From positions 387,957-451,956 of IMG/VR virus record IMGVR_UViG_3300035661_000001: a stretch of 64,000 nt of DNA, one strand, 5' to 3'. Shown here piece by piece: positions 10,339 to 20,882 of this stretch. The notes under the pieces are model-generated. The model did no database searches and had not been told where the DNA came from. It saw only the letters and a program-made list of their open reading frames with translations. Within the stretch, counting starts at the first letter, position 1; each line of letters starts with the position of its first letter. The position numbers were made by a program, and so were the translations under genes.

Positions 10339-11247
10339 ATGTCTTTTAAGGATGAATTTCTAAAAACACCTCCTGGACCTGCCAGAGAAGCATTAGTTTA
10401 TAATGCTATTATCCAACAAGGTCCTCCAAAAAATTTAGTACCTGTTACTGTTCCTGGTCCTGGTGGAACTAAAATAACCTATCAAACTATGGCTGATTAT
10501 ATTACCATTGATGGAATTCGTGTGCCTATGACTCCAGTCACAGCTCAACGTGTAGCTAATCATTTTGGCATGATGTTGCCAACATCTAAAATGTCACAAC
10601 AAATATATGAAGCTGCAAAAACTAAAGTACGAGCTAATCCTCTTTCTGGCACAGGATATGTAAGTCCATTAACAGGTAAGAGATATTCTGGCAAAGATGT
10701 TGTAAAATCCAGAATTGGAGAATCTGATGCGGCGGTTGCTTACAGTAATTTAACAAATCAAGAGTTATCTAAAATTAAAAATCCTGGTTTAATCAGCGGT
10801 CATGGTAAAGAGATCACTGAACCAACGCAAAGTGCTAGCATTAGTGATGTTAGTTTCGGTGGTTGGCAAGGTGCTGGCGGAAAAGCATTACAGCCATATA
10901 CAAATGCTCATAAGGGACAAGCCGCATTTCATACAGAGTATGCATTAAATACACGTTTGATCGATGATGGCAATGTTATTATAACTACACCTGATGGTAA
11001 AACCATTTCAACAACAATGCAAAAATTAAGAGCTAATCCTAATTTTAGTAAAGCTATTGCAGATGCAACAGGCATCAAAAAATATGATGATAAATCACAA
11101 AAAGTATCTCCTACAAAAACAATTGAGCCGGCACCAGGTAAGGTACCAGCTCAAATTGCCGTTTCTCCACAAACAAAATCTGATCCAGGTAGAGTAGCTT
11201 TATTGCAAATAATAGACGATCTATTAAGTCAATTCACTAAAGGATAA
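10339..11247 (+). CDS. uncharacterised protein, paralog of upstream gene
   Basis: PGPARE/AQRVAN/H.EYA pattern. Confidence 0.7.
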   Translation: MSFKDEFLKTPPGPAREALVYNAIIQQGPPKNLVPVTVPGPGGTKITYQTMADYITIDGIRVPMTPVTAQRVANHFGMMLPTSKMSQQIYEAAKTKVRANPLSGTGYVSPLTGKRYSGKDVVKSRIGESDAAVAYSNLTNQELSKIKNPGLISGHGKEITEPTQSASISDVSFGGWQGAGGKALQPYTNAHKGQAAFHTEYALNTRLIDDGNVIITTPDGKTISTTMQKLRANPNFSKAIADATGIKKYDDKSQKVSPTKTIEPAPGKVPAQIAVSPQTKSDPGRVALLQIIDDLLSQFTKG

Positions 11248-11249
11248 AT

Positions 11250-11495
11250 CTACCAAAAAGCCTTCATATTTATTCTTCTAATCATTTCATCTTCACTAAA
11301 ATATATTTTAGTGAAGATGAAAGTAAAAAAAACATCAGGAATAGAATTATTATCACCAGTATAAAAGAACACTCTGATTTTTGGATACTTAAAATCATAA
11401 ACAGTAATAACTCCCGCCTTATGAGTTTTATAATTATCTGATGATAAGTCTACTAGAAATTCTTTAATTTTTGGGTGTAGATCATCTAGATTCAT
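11250..11495 (-). CDS. hypothetical protein with C-terminal KAFW tag
   Basis: 81 aa, ends INMKAFW. Confidence 0.65.
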   Translation of the reverse strand: MNLDDLHPKIKEFLVDLSSDNYKTHKAGVITVYDFKYPKIRVFFYTGDNNSIPDVFFTFIFTKIYFSEDEMIRRINMKAFW

Positions 11496-11707
11496 TTATG
11501 CCTATAGGTGATTCTTCCACGTGACATATCGTATTCACTAACTTCACAGGTTACTTTATCACCTACTAAAATCTTTACGGAATTTACTCTAATTTTTCCG
11601 CTTAGAGTGCAAAGTACAATGACGGAGTCATTAACTTTTACTTTGAAATTGCCTTTGTTAGCATCTACAACAAAACCTTCAAACTCTAATCTATCTCTAT
11701 TCGCCAT
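11492..11707 (-). CDS. infA: translation initiation factor IF-1
   Basis: 71 aa; EGFV...FKV...LSGKIR...ILVGDKV..EVSEYD..RGRITYR. Confidence 0.93.
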   Translation of the reverse strand: MANRDRLEFEGFVVDANKGNFKVKVNDSVIVLCTLSGKIRVNSVKILVGDKVTCEVSEYDMSRGRITYRHK

Positions 11708-11723
11708 CCTATATATAATCCTT

Positions 11724-12371
11724 TTATGTTAAAAACGAAAAATCTATATCGTATAATTTATTTAACGTGTCCACTAAGTCTTTAGATGGACCCATACAAG
11801 TTATCCACTCATTCGTCTCAGCGCAAGGTAAGACACAATTTTCTTTATTTTTGAATTGTAAAAAATATTTGATGTCCAAATTTTTCGCAATACGCCTCAA
11901 ACGTTTTAAACCTATTGTTAATGGAGATACTTTTTCCCACGCATTATCATATAACATATATGATCTTAAATAATTGTCTAAACCCAACAATGTTAATACA
12001 ATACAGTATTCAGAAGTATCTTCCACTTTACCAATTATTAAATAGCATAATTTACTTATCTTAATAAATTTATTTAAAGACAGACCGGCATACAAATCGG
12101 TTTGTATTAAATTTTTACGACACAATTTTAAATCGTTATATGTTATATTTAATCTTTTGTTTTTAACAATATTTAATGAGTTACCAAATTCATCAAACCA
12201 ATGTTTGTATAACTGTAAACTGTATTTATCATTGTTGTAGAATATATTGTAAGGTTTTAATCTACATGATCTAATGATAAATGAGAGTTCCTCAATCTCT
12301 GTAAAAGAAGCTGCTAACAAGATTGCTTTGTTAATTTGAAAATAAAATCTATCTAAACTAGGGCTTTTCAT
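11724..12371 (-). CDS. hypothetical protein
   Basis: 215 aa ORF in - strand operon. Confidence 0.7.
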   Translation of the reverse strand: MKSPSLDRFYFQINKAILLAASFTEIEELSFIIRSCRLKPYNIFYNNDKYSLQLYKHWFDEFGNSLNIVKNKRLNITYNDLKLCRKNLIQTDLYAGLSLNKFIKISKLCYLIIGKVEDTSEYCIVLTLLGLDNYLRSYMLYDNAWEKVSPLTIGLKRLRRIAKNLDIKYFLQFKNKENCVLPCAETNEWITCMGPSKDLVDTLNKLYDIDFSFLT

Positions 12372-13021
12372 TCTTCTAAGATGGACATATCTATATCATC
12401 ATAATATTCAGAGCTAATTGCTGGACCTACTTCATGAACAACTGTTTTGATGAACGGTAAATAATTAATCCCTTTTTCTTCTGCTAATTTTCTATGTAAC
12501 AGATAACAGTTTCTACTATCAACTTTAGCATTATGTGCATCTGCTAATTTTTTAATTCCTACTAGATCACAGGAAGACTGAAGATCAAAACGTTGTTTTT
12601 CAGATTTAACTATTCCTATTTTTTTTGCATACTCTTTGGTTAATGGAATGGTGTCTAACCACAAATTAGCAGGAAATGCCTGGCTTTCACTTTTCCATAA
12701 AGCATGTAGAAACCTACGATCGAAAGGTGAATTATGAGCAACGATTACACGATGAGCTGGTGTTCCACCATCTTCCGCGAAAAATCTATTACATTCTGCT
12801 ACAACATCAGATTTATTATGACCACGGTCTAAGTCTGCCATAGTTTTTTTAGTAATTCTTAAAGCATCAAAACTCGCTCGTTCAGGATGTTCACATTTTA
12901 TACATCTGTGAAGCTGTACTCGATCTACAGCTCTTATAATACCGATTTCGGTCATTTCATGATACCCACAGCTTAACCCGGTAGTCTCAGTATCAATAAC
13001 GTAATAAAACAGTCCGCTCAT
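12368..13021 (-). CDS. DEDDh 3'-5' exonuclease (second copy)
   Basis: IDTETTGL, AHNSPFD, LDT, HNAKVD. Confidence 0.9.
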   Translation of the reverse strand: MSGLFYYVIDTETTGLSCGYHEMTEIGIIRAVDRVQLHRCIKCEHPERASFDALRITKKTMADLDRGHNKSDVVAECNRFFAEDGGTPAHRVIVAHNSPFDRRFLHALWKSESQAFPANLWLDTIPLTKEYAKKIGIVKSEKQRFDLQSSCDLVGIKKLADAHNAKVDSRNCYLLHRKLAEEKGINYLPFIKTVVHEVGPAISSEYYDDIDMSILEE

Positions 13022-13024
13022 TAT

Positions 13025-13321
13025 TCACCAAAACGCTTTCATATTTAAAGATTTTTCTATTTTATTTACTATTATTTTCATTTCATCGACGTGTTTAATA
13101 ATAGAAAGTTTCGCTTCTAGTTCATCAACTTTAGACAAATCATCTTTATGATCTGATAACTCAGATTTTAATTCCTCTGAAGCAGAAATCATTTCATTAT
13201 AATCTCCAGCCATTTCTTTCATTTTTTCAGGATTACTGTAGATATTAACTTCCATGTAACGACGAAATTGTCTAACTGTCTTCTCTATTTTCGCATAAGT
13301 ATTTGGCTTATCTTTTTTCAT
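13025..13321 (-). CDS. hypothetical protein with C-terminal KAFW tag
   Basis: 98 aa helical/charged, ends LNMKAFW. Confidence 0.65.
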   Translation of the reverse strand: MKKDKPNTYAKIEKTVRQFRRYMEVNIYSNPEKMKEMAGDYNEMISASEELKSELSDHKDDLSKVDELEAKLSIIKHVDEMKIIVNKIEKSLNMKAFW

Positions 13322-13800
13322 CGAAAAATACTTTCCCGCATAAATAAAGGTAACATTCCTTTATTTTTCATTTCTTCTTGTACTGTAGGAGATAAATAGT
13401 GAAAACCACTAATTAACTTCCTGCATTTTACAGAACCACAGTTACATCTCATTTGCCAAATATCTACTGTGTCCGTAGAGCTAGTTGAATAATCAAATGT
13501 TAATTCAGAATCAGGAGCAATATCATACAAAGAATATAATATCGCCCTATTACCAGCAATAGATAAATAACAATTAGGATCACAACTATGATTTACATAA
13601 TCATCTTTACCACCAGATGGTCCTATAAAAATATCAGGACCTACTTGTAATGTGGTTGAACTATCTGGTAAATTACCACTGTTAAAAAAATCACCAGTCA
13701 TCTCAATGATAGGTATATTTTTTTTAATCTTAACAGATGTAAAAACGCCCTGACCACCTAGTCGGCTAGGCTTTAATTTAAGATAATCTTTAGAAATCAT
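13318..13800 (-). CDS. SET-domain methyltransferase with post-SET Cys motif
   Basis: GQGVF, NHSCDPN, ELTFDY, CNCGSVKCR. Confidence 0.9.
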   Translation of the reverse strand: MISKDYLKLKPSRLGGQGVFTSVKIKKNIPIIEMTGDFFNSGNLPDSSTTLQVGPDIFIGPSGGKDDYVNHSCDPNCYLSIAGNRAILYSLYDIAPDSELTFDYSTSSTDTVDIWQMRCNCGSVKCRKLISGFHYLSPTVQEEMKNKGMLPLFMRESIFR

Positions 13801-13801
13801 A

Positions 13802-14044
13802 TTAACCTAATAAATTCTTCATAAATCTAATCATGGTACTACCAGCCTCATAAACTATTAATTTTAATTCTCTTCTGCCTACTAATCTATGTTTCACGGA
13901 CACTGGACTTTGATTTTTAATCAATCCAGCCGCTTGATGAGCATCCTCTGCTAATATTCGATATGTCAATGTTGCTGGTAACATACATTCGACTTTTACA
14001 TCATAATAGTATTTTGGTTTTGGTAATTGTTGTTTTTCAGCCAT
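13802..14044 (-). CDS. hypothetical protein
   Basis: 80 aa ORF in operon. Confidence 0.65.
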   Translation of the reverse strand: MAEKQQLPKPKYYYDVKVECMLPATLTYRILAEDAHQAAGLIKNQSPVSVKHRLVGRRELKLIVYEAGSTMIRFMKNLLG

Positions 14045-14056
14045 AATATGTCTATA

Positions 14057-14782
14057 TCATTTCCCAACTAATTCATAAAATCTATTCAAAAATAATACTT
14101 CAGCTTCTGCCGGACCTAATGGTTCTATCTTTAAAGGTATGGGCTTAATATTAGTTATCCAATCTTCTCTTAATGGTGACATTAAATCACGAGCTTCAGT
14201 AGCCAACATTAATCCATCTGCAATTTTAACTGATGGTGGTTCTGCCATAGGAAGATTAAACCTTTTACAGATAGCTTCTTGCATTATCTTTTCAAATTCA
14301 ATGTAGGCTCCGAATTTACCTGACCTTTTAAGAGGGCTAGGAACATCTATTAAATAAGCTTCTGTAGCATCATGAAGCAAACCCCATAATCTATCAGAAC
14401 TGTCACACAGGTAAGATACTAGCACGCTGTGCTGAGCTACACTATAGAATCTTTTTACATGTCCGCTAAACCGACACTGCATAGATAGCGCATGAGCTAT
14501 ATCCTGAATTACAATGGATTCATAATTAGGATTGGTTGGAGTAAATCTTACTCCGCTAAAAGTTTGAATCCAAGCCTCTTCTGGATTAAACTCTTCTGAA
14601 CCAATATCATATCTAACCGCATATCCATTATCTGGATCTTTACTTAAATCCCTTGGAGGAATAGGCTCAGATTTTAATTGAGGATAATCAGTAAATAATT
14701 TATTAATTGCAATTTCATCTTCTTCAGTACAAATTGGAGGAAGAGTATTGCTTAAATATTCGGCATCTAATGGGTTTTTCAT
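14057..14782 (-). CDS. HD-domain 5'-deoxynucleotidase (YfbR/YfdR-like)
   Basis: DIAHALS..CRF.GH...YSVAQHS, LLHDATEAY..D.PSP; start placed at the ATG just after dut. Confidence 0.85.
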   Translation of the reverse strand: MKNPLDAEYLSNTLPPICTEEDEIAINKLFTDYPQLKSEPIPPRDLSKDPDNGYAVRYDIGSEEFNPEEAWIQTFSGVRFTPTNPNYESIVIQDIAHALSMQCRFSGHVKRFYSVAQHSVLVSYLCDSSDRLWGLLHDATEAYLIDVPSPLKRSGKFGAYIEFEKIMQEAICKRFNLPMAEPPSVKIADGLMLATEARDLMSPLREDWITNIKPIPLKIEPLGPAEAEVLFLNRFYELVGK

Positions 14783-14783
14783 A

Positions 14784-15233
14784 TTATTGACCTGTGCTAC
14801 CAAATCCACCAGCACCTCTATCGGAAACTGATAGATCTTCAACTATTTCAAACTCTATTTTGACTACTGGACAAAGAACAATCTGTGCAATCCTATCTCC
14901 AACTTCAATATTAAAATCATCTTTTCCAGAATTCATTAAGATTACACCTAATTCTCCACGATAATCACTGTCAATAGTGCCAGGACTATTCAAAACAGTA
15001 ATGCCTTGTTTAAGAGCTAAACCTGATCGCGGTCTTACTTGTATTTCATAATCTACAGGTATTTCAAATGAAAGACCCGTTGGAACAAGTGCCCGATCAC
15101 CTGAATGAATTACTAAACTTTTTGTAGAAGTAATATCCATCCCCGCCGCACCCTTAGTTTGATATTGGGGTTGTTTGGATAGAACAGAATTCAATTTTAA
15201 TTTTACTGGTTTAATCGTTGAGAAAGTTGTCAT
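14784..15233 (-). CDS. dut: dUTP diphosphatase
   Basis: AAGMD, RSGLA, GTIDSDYRGE, RIAQ, RGAGGFGSTG. Confidence 0.95.
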   Translation of the reverse strand: MTTFSTIKPVKLKLNSVLSKQPQYQTKGAAGMDITSTKSLVIHSGDRALVPTGLSFEIPVDYEIQVRPRSGLALKQGITVLNSPGTIDSDYRGELGVILMNSGKDDFNIEVGDRIAQIVLCPVVKIEFEIVEDLSVSDRGAGGFGSTGQ

Positions 15234-15254
15234 GTTTACCTCGGAATTTACTTC

Positions 15255-15283
15255 ATTTTAATGATGAGAGAAAATAATGTCAA
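15255..15283 (-). promoter_or_regulatory. sigma70-type promoter upstream of dut operon
   Basis: - strand TTGACA-N17-TAAAAT. Confidence 0.6.
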
Positions 15284-15825
15284 GTGCATATAATGTTATT
15301 TTTTATATGCAAATTCCTTCTATTATTTTTGTTAATTATGACTCTGGTTCAGTAGCGCAAAATACATTAAAAACTCAATTAAATATTGATGAGCTTATGA
15401 ACGAGGATGAATTTGATGCGCGTGTCGCGGTTGATCCTAATTATCCAGTCATTGTTCATTTAACTAATCAAAGAATTTTAGTGACTCGCACAACTTTTCA
15501 AGATCATACGAACCGACAGTATGCGGACGTCGTGCTGTTTGTCAAGAACGGGCTCGCTACTGTTTTAGAAAATAATTACGGTCCCCCAGGACTCTCCTTT
15601 AGAGTAGAGCGCATAAATCTGTTTAATATGCTGGCAGATATTAAAAAACTTTCTTCCAGAACTTTATCATGTCACCGATGCCATTGTGGTTGTGGATGTA
15701 ATTGTTTCAAGCATTTACCAGTAGCAATACAGAAGTTATTAATTAATCCTTATGATATTAGCGGAGTCCACAATGCTAATTGTGACAACATCTTTAATAA
15801 TCCAGAATTTATTAACAGAAAATGA
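15277..15825 (+). CDS. hypothetical protein with Cys-rich C-terminal segment
   Basis: CHRCHCGCGCNC motif; true start possibly ATG near 15307. Confidence 0.65.
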   Translation: MSSAYNVIFYMQIPSIIFVNYDSGSVAQNTLKTQLNIDELMNEDEFDARVAVDPNYPVIVHLTNQRILVTRTTFQDHTNRQYADVVLFVKNGLATVLENNYGPPGLSFRVERINLFNMLADIKKLSSRTLSCHRCHCGCGCNCFKHLPVAIQKLLINPYDISGVHNANCDNIFNNPEFINRK

Positions 15826-15869
15826 TGGCATAATAGTGTATAAATTTTAATCCCCACTAGGAAGGTACC

Positions 15870-16331
15870 ATGGTTGACACAAAAGCGATACTTAAAAAAG
15901 CCGAATTATTTGAAAAGCTAGCTCTTTATGGTGACAGAAAATCTTTTCTTCAAGCCCTAGCTCAATCTCAAGACGAGTATGGTTATGAATTAAATCCAAT
16001 GGAGCCTGGATTTGCTGGAGAACTACCTTCTAGTCGTATAGTTGGCAATAAGCCGCTTTCATACCCAGAACAAGAATCAAAAGAGAAACATTCAACTAAA
16101 GTTTATAAATCAATTGCACATGGTTCACCAATTAATCCGCAATTACAAAAAGCTTTAATTCTATTATACCCAAATGCTATGAGTGGTAGTAGACCTGATG
16201 GTGTTTTTGGACCAAGAACCCAATCAGCTATGAATCAATGGAAAACTGAACGTCGTGATAACAGAGGTCTCGCAGATCCTTCACTACAAAAAGATATTAT
16301 AACCTCCGCCGGGTTAGCACAAATAAAATAA
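15870..16331 (+). CDS. protein with C-terminal peptidoglycan-binding-like domain
   Basis: LQKAL...DGVFGPRTQSAM..W. Confidence 0.65.
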   Translation: MVDTKAILKKAELFEKLALYGDRKSFLQALAQSQDEYGYELNPMEPGFAGELPSSRIVGNKPLSYPEQESKEKHSTKVYKSIAHGSPINPQLQKALILLYPNAMSGSRPDGVFGPRTQSAMNQWKTERRDNRGLADPSLQKDIITSAGLAQIK

Positions 16332-16402
16332 ATTTTATGGTCTGCAGTTAAGTAAGAGCGTTATCAGGTCTGTATAAGTTCGATAATTAAACCATCACAA
16401 AC

Positions 16403-16428
16403 AAAAGAGACGCATTCGCGTCTCTTTT
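16403..16428. terminator. bidirectional intrinsic terminator
   Basis: AAAAGAGACGC-ATTC-GCGTCTCTTTT between convergent genes. Confidence 0.8.
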
Positions 16429-16488
16429 CATTTTCCTCTCTCGACAAAAACTTGGGGGATCTATAGGGGGAAGGTTATCTCTCTACCA

Positions 16489-17001
16489 TCAGATAAAAGC
16501 AGTTAATTTCCGGATGCCCTGTAGCCAACGAACAATATCTAATACTGTGTCTATAGGTATTTTTTTACCAGTCTGAAATCCATTCCAGTGAATCACCCAT
16601 TGACATTTAGAAAATCTATAATCTTTTATAGGATCTATTTTATTAAGCAATACCGCAGGGTTTCCTAAAGCAGTTTTATATTTTTCTTCATACAAAGTTA
16701 AATCCAACACTAAATCTTTCATTTGATTATCCGTGTATTCAGATTTAATTATCTTTGCCACAAATTGACCAACTCTGATTCCTCCAGACTTAACAATAAA
16801 ATCTTTCATTTTGTTCTTTTTAACATTTGTTAAATCACAGAATCCTCCGGCTTCTTTTAGTTTCATTTTTTGTTTGATTTCAGATTCCGCCGGAATCCAA
16901 CTACCAGAAAAACTATCTGGTAAACTTTCTTCCTCTTGGGTATATTGTTGATTAACAAGCCTTTGTATTAATTCAAAATATTCTTGGTTAGTCATTTTCA
17001 T
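16489..17001 (-). CDS. hypothetical protein, C-terminal LTAFI
   Basis: 170 aa ORF. Confidence 0.7.
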   Translation of the reverse strand: MKMTNQEYFELIQRLVNQQYTQEEESLPDSFSGSWIPAESEIKQKMKLKEAGGFCDLTNVKKNKMKDFIVKSGGIRVGQFVAKIIKSEYTDNQMKDLVLDLTLYEEKYKTALGNPAVLLNKIDPIKDYRFSKCQWVIHWNGFQTGKKIPIDTVLDIVRWLQGIRKLTAFI

Positions 17002-17042
17002 AATTAATTATATAACAATTTATAATAAATTCACATCATTCT

Positions 17043-17690
17043 ATGAATATCAATAGAGTAGTTAAATTAATCGACGTTTTTTATTCTCTAGCTTCTGAGA
17101 AGTTGCCGCCTGATTCTTCTAATTTAAAAACTATATTAAAGAATATAGAAAACCTTGAAACTTATCAGGCACGTATTAAATACGCAGAAGATAATTTAGA
17201 CCATCTGTCCTCTGGATCATCTCGTATTGTTTATCAAGCACCAGATAAAACTATTATTAAATTAGCCAAGAATGATAAAGGTATAGCTCAAAATAAAGCT
17301 GAAGCCAATCCTAAAATGAAATCTGATTTCCTAAACGAAATTATTTCTAAAGATCAAAAAGGATATTGGATACAAACATATTTTTTGGATAAAATAAATG
17401 AAAAAGAATTCGAAAACTTAACTAAAATTTCTTTTGAAGATTTTAGTGAGGCATTGTCATTCGGAACTGATAAAAGTTCCAGCAAACAGCCTAAGAATTT
17501 TGATAAAGTATCAAAAACTCCTGTTTATAAAGAAATGAAAAGGCTTTGTGAGGATTTTGATCTGGTATCAGGAGATGTGACTAGGATTTCTTCCTGGGGA
17601 ACTAAAGGTAATAAACCTATATTAATCGATGCAGGATTAACAGGAAAGATCTTCGAAGAATTTTACGAAGATGAAGATTCTTCCTCATAA
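17043..17690 (+). CDS. protein-kinase-like fold protein
   Basis: SGSSRIVY (Gly loop), IIKLA, QNKAE, GD...SWG, ILIDAG. Confidence 0.55.
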   Translation: MNINRVVKLIDVFYSLASEKLPPDSSNLKTILKNIENLETYQARIKYAEDNLDHLSSGSSRIVYQAPDKTIIKLAKNDKGIAQNKAEANPKMKSDFLNEIISKDQKGYWIQTYFLDKINEKEFENLTKISFEDFSEALSFGTDKSSSKQPKNFDKVSKTPVYKEMKRLCEDFDLVSGDVTRISSWGTKGNKPILIDAGLTGKIFEEFYEDEDSSS

Positions 17691-17710
17691 TAATTTTAAA
17701 TATCGATCCA

Positions 17711-18382
17711 TTGACATGCCGATTCCATGTGTTATCTTTAGGTGAAGATTTTTATAAGATCCACCTAAAGATTATGATTTTTAAAACTATTAAGGATTTA
17801 ATTGAACATAAATCAAATTGCACAATTTGCAATTCACCATTGCACGCTTTTCTCAAAGAAAAAGCTAGGAATAAAGAAAGTATTCCCCAAAAAAGAATAT
17901 GTTTAATTAATTCTAAATTCAAAAACCAACAATTTGAATTTAAATTAGATTATTGTAGACATAATCTGGATATCCATTATCAAGCCATTCTTAATGATTC
18001 TAATCTATTAATTCTGGACCCACCTATTTTAGAAGAAAATGAAGTGGAATATGCTTTATCATTCCTAACAGATCTGTTTCTTAATATTGAATTACACTGT
18101 CTCAATAAAGAATGTAAACATAATTTTTATACCTTTACCTCAATATTAAAACCAAAATATAATTCAGATATTGGAGTATTTTTTCTTCCATTCTTTTTAG
18201 ATTGGGAATGTTTTAACTTGAAACATTTATGGATTCAAAATGATAACGTATCCCAATTAACAAAAATTTATAATACTAACTCTATTACAACACTTCCAAT
18301 TACTATGCCTTTATTGCAAATAAGTTCCGATAACAAAGAAAAGATATTCAACAGAATTAAAACTATTGTAAATTTTAGATAA
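17711..18382 (+). CDS. CxxC / C-terminal-tag paralog family member
   Basis: CTIC near N-terminus (true start likely MIFKT), ends RIKTIVNFR. Confidence 0.7.
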   Translation: MTCRFHVLSLGEDFYKIHLKIMIFKTIKDLIEHKSNCTICNSPLHAFLKEKARNKESIPQKRICLINSKFKNQQFEFKLDYCRHNLDIHYQAILNDSNLLILDPPILEENEVEYALSFLTDLFLNIELHCLNKECKHNFYTFTSILKPKYNSDIGVFFLPFFLDWECFNLKHLWIQNDNVSQLTKIYNTNSITTLPITMPLLQISSDNKEKIFNRIKTIVNFR

Positions 18383-18386
18383 TAAT

Positions 18387-19085
18387 ATGTTAAAAGAATT
18401 TTTAAATTTTAATACTCATTGCCCATCTTGTAAAAACCCCCTTACTTTATTCATGAGATGGTCCGGAGATATCATTGATAATGATTATCGTTTATTCAGG
18501 TTTCATCACAAACCAAATGAAAATATCGCATTTCGAGAAATTAAACAAGATAATAAATATCCACAAAACTCTAAACACTCATTAGGTATAAACGGAATTA
18601 TTTATCCAAATACTAATTCAATCACTTTCAATACTACCTCTGCAGAAAAGATAATTCAAAACCAAGATTCTATCTATTTCTTTTTTATATGTAATCCCAG
18701 CTCCATTGAATATCTTTCTAATGATTATGAAATCAATGTTTACGATTCTTGTTATTTTAGATCATCTTTTCCAGTAAAATTTGTAAAAAATGATAATCGT
18801 CTATGTCCGACATATATAGAACCACCAGGTAATCATATAGCTAATGAGCATTTTACTATCCTAGATAAAAAAGAAAATTCAGAAAAAGTATATGTTTTAA
18901 CTGTATCTCATGAAGATAACAAAACATATTTAATGTATTACTCAGTTGACAACGAACAGACTTCAGACGAAGCTTTTACACCAAAAGTTTTTACCAAAGA
19001 ACTTCCATTACTGAAAACTAGCCCTGACCCATCCGACAAAGACAAGTTACTGGAACGAATGAATTCCTGGATAATCATGAGTTGA
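18387..19085 (+). CDS. CxxC / C-terminal-tag paralog family member
   Basis: CPSC, ends RMNSWIIMS. Confidence 0.7.
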   Translation: MLKEFLNFNTHCPSCKNPLTLFMRWSGDIIDNDYRLFRFHHKPNENIAFREIKQDNKYPQNSKHSLGINGIIYPNTNSITFNTTSAEKIIQNQDSIYFFFICNPSSIEYLSNDYEINVYDSCYFRSSFPVKFVKNDNRLCPTYIEPPGNHIANEHFTILDKKENSEKVYVLTVSHEDNKTYLMYYSVDNEQTSDEAFTPKVFTKELPLLKTSPDPSDKDKLLERMNSWIIMS

Positions 19086-19237
19086 TTATACGCATTAGGC
19101 GCCGAAGTTGCAGACTTTTCTTTCTTAGGTAATGGCGTCAGAAACTATGTAGAAGCTGTTTGGATTCATTTTAGAGAAGAATTAGACAGAAGAAAAATAG
19201 ATACAGAATTTTTCTGTGATCTAGAAATATAAATTTT

Positions 19238-20326
19238 ATGAATATCCCGCAAATAATCGCCTCAAGCGATGATAAACTTTCATCGCTTTTTAATATGATT
19301 CCTATTCATATTCATGAAAATAGGGTAAAAGAAATAGATCATCAGGTCAGTTCCCCGGAACTCTGGAGAAATCCACAAAAAGCCGCCGTTCTTATGAAAG
19401 AAAGACAAAAACTTTCAGAACTAATATCTTTCTTATCAACCGCCAAATCTAAATTGGAATTCTATAAAGAATGTTTATCTTCCATTCCAGATGAATTAAT
19501 AGGAATAGAAGACCAAATAATGAGTTTATACTCCGCTATCTCCAACTTGGAGTTTAAACAAATGTTATCCGATCCACTCGACGATTCTCCAGCAATAATT
19601 TCTATCAACGCTGGCGCTGGAGGATTAGAAGCCGCTAATTGGACTACCATGCTTTTTAGAATGTATTCCAGATATGCCGCCGCTAATGACTTAAAAATAG
19701 AACTCCTTGACATGAAACCCTCAGAAGAACACTCTTCTATCTGTACAGACTCCGTCTCTATTCGTATCGAAGGTCCCTATGCTTATGGCTTTCTTAAATC
19801 AGAAATAGGCGTTCATCGATTAATTCGTAACTCTCCATTTAACGCTAATGATGCCAGACATACCTCATTCGCCGCCGTGACTGTTCTCCCAGATATAGAA
19901 GATCAAATAGATATTCAAATAAATGAAAAGGATATCGAAATTACTACAATGCGATCCTCTGGCGCTGGTGGACAAAATGTTAATAAAGTAGAGTCAGCTG
20001 TTAGATTAAAACATATTCCAACCGGTCTAGTTATCAATTCTAGATCAGAACGAGACCAACATACCAATAGAAAAATTGCTCTCAAAATTTTAAAAGCTAA
20101 ACTTTATGAATTAGAAGTGAATAAGAAAAATGCCGAAAAAGAGAAGTTCTTCAACTCTATGCAGGATAACTCCTTCGGACATCAAATAAGGTCATATATT
20201 CTATTCCCATCCCAAATGGTAAAAGATCATCGCTCCGAATATGAAACTAAATCTGCTACACAAGTTCTAGATGGCGATTTAACTCCATTTATTAACGCTT
20301 TTCTACATTCAAATGTTAACCGTTAA
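19238..20326 (+). CDS. prfB: peptide chain release factor 2
   Basis: [18 protein letters not shown] (RF2-specific SPF), GAGGQNVNK (GGQ), QIRSY; single uninterrupted frame. Confidence 0.92.
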   Translation: MNIPQIIASSDDKLSSLFNMIPIHIHENRVKEIDHQVSSPELWRNPQKAAVLMKERQKLSELISFLSTAKSKLEFYKECLSSIPDELIGIEDQIMSLYSAISNLEFKQMLSDPLDDSPAIISINAGAGGLEAANWTTMLFRMYSRYAAANDLKIELLDMKPSEEHSSICTDSVSIRIEGPYAYGFLKSEIGVHRLIRNSPFNANDARHTSFAAVTVLPDIEDQIDIQINEKDIEITTMRSSGAGGQNVNKVESAVRLKHIPTGLVINSRSERDQHTNRKIALKILKAKLYELEVNKKNAEKEKFFNSMQDNSFGHQIRSYILFPSQMVKDHRSEYETKSATQVLDGDLTPFINAFLHSNVNR

Positions 20327-20882
20327 AGATTTCATTGGATACAACAATCCATGCTTCTTCTGCAAAACACCAATAGATCTGAAGATTAGATCTACTAATG
20401 CATCAAATGATCGATCTATCTCTATCAAACCGGACCTATCATCGGAAATATTAGATCTTGCTTTAAAAGTTACCTATGTGGGCACTCTTAATTTAAAAAT
20501 AAATCACACCCACAACAGATTTAATTCAAATAATTTTAAAGACTTGACAGCATATTTAAAAGATTATAAGCTCTCTATGAGCCTTCGCTGCAATAAATGT
20601 GGCACTACCATAAAAAGCAAAAATTTACAATTTGATCTAGTTAACCAAATTATCAAACCACTAGAAATATCTAGCGAAGTTCTCAACGTTATAGGTAAAG
20701 GTACTTTTTATTCTTTAGTCTCCAATTTCCAAAAGAATATATCTATCCTGTCCGCAACTCCTATGCAACTAGGTAAAAATAATTATACCACTATACTAGA
20801 TCTCCCACTGCAACCACTATCAAAATTCGATAGTCCAGAACATTTCATAAAGAAAATGAAAACCCTTCTTCTATTTATATGA
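20313..20882 (+). CDS. CxxC / C-terminal-tag paralog family member
   Basis: CFFC...CNKC, ends KMKTLLLFI. Confidence 0.7.
   Translation: MLTVKDFIGYNNPCFFCKTPIDLKIRSTNASNDRSISIKPDLSSEILDLALKVTYVGTLNLKINHTHNRFNSNNFKDLTAYLKDYKLSMSLRCNKCGTTIKSKNLQFDLVNQIIKPLEISSEVLNVIGKGTFYSLVSNFQKNISILSATPMQLGKNNYTTILDLPLQPLSKFDSPEHFIKKMKTLLLFI

Noticed and set aside
19086-19232. TGA read-through extension of 18387..19085
   Set aside because: The frame stays open about 48 codons after TGA, but the upstream protein already ends in its family C-terminal tag. More likely a gene remnant.
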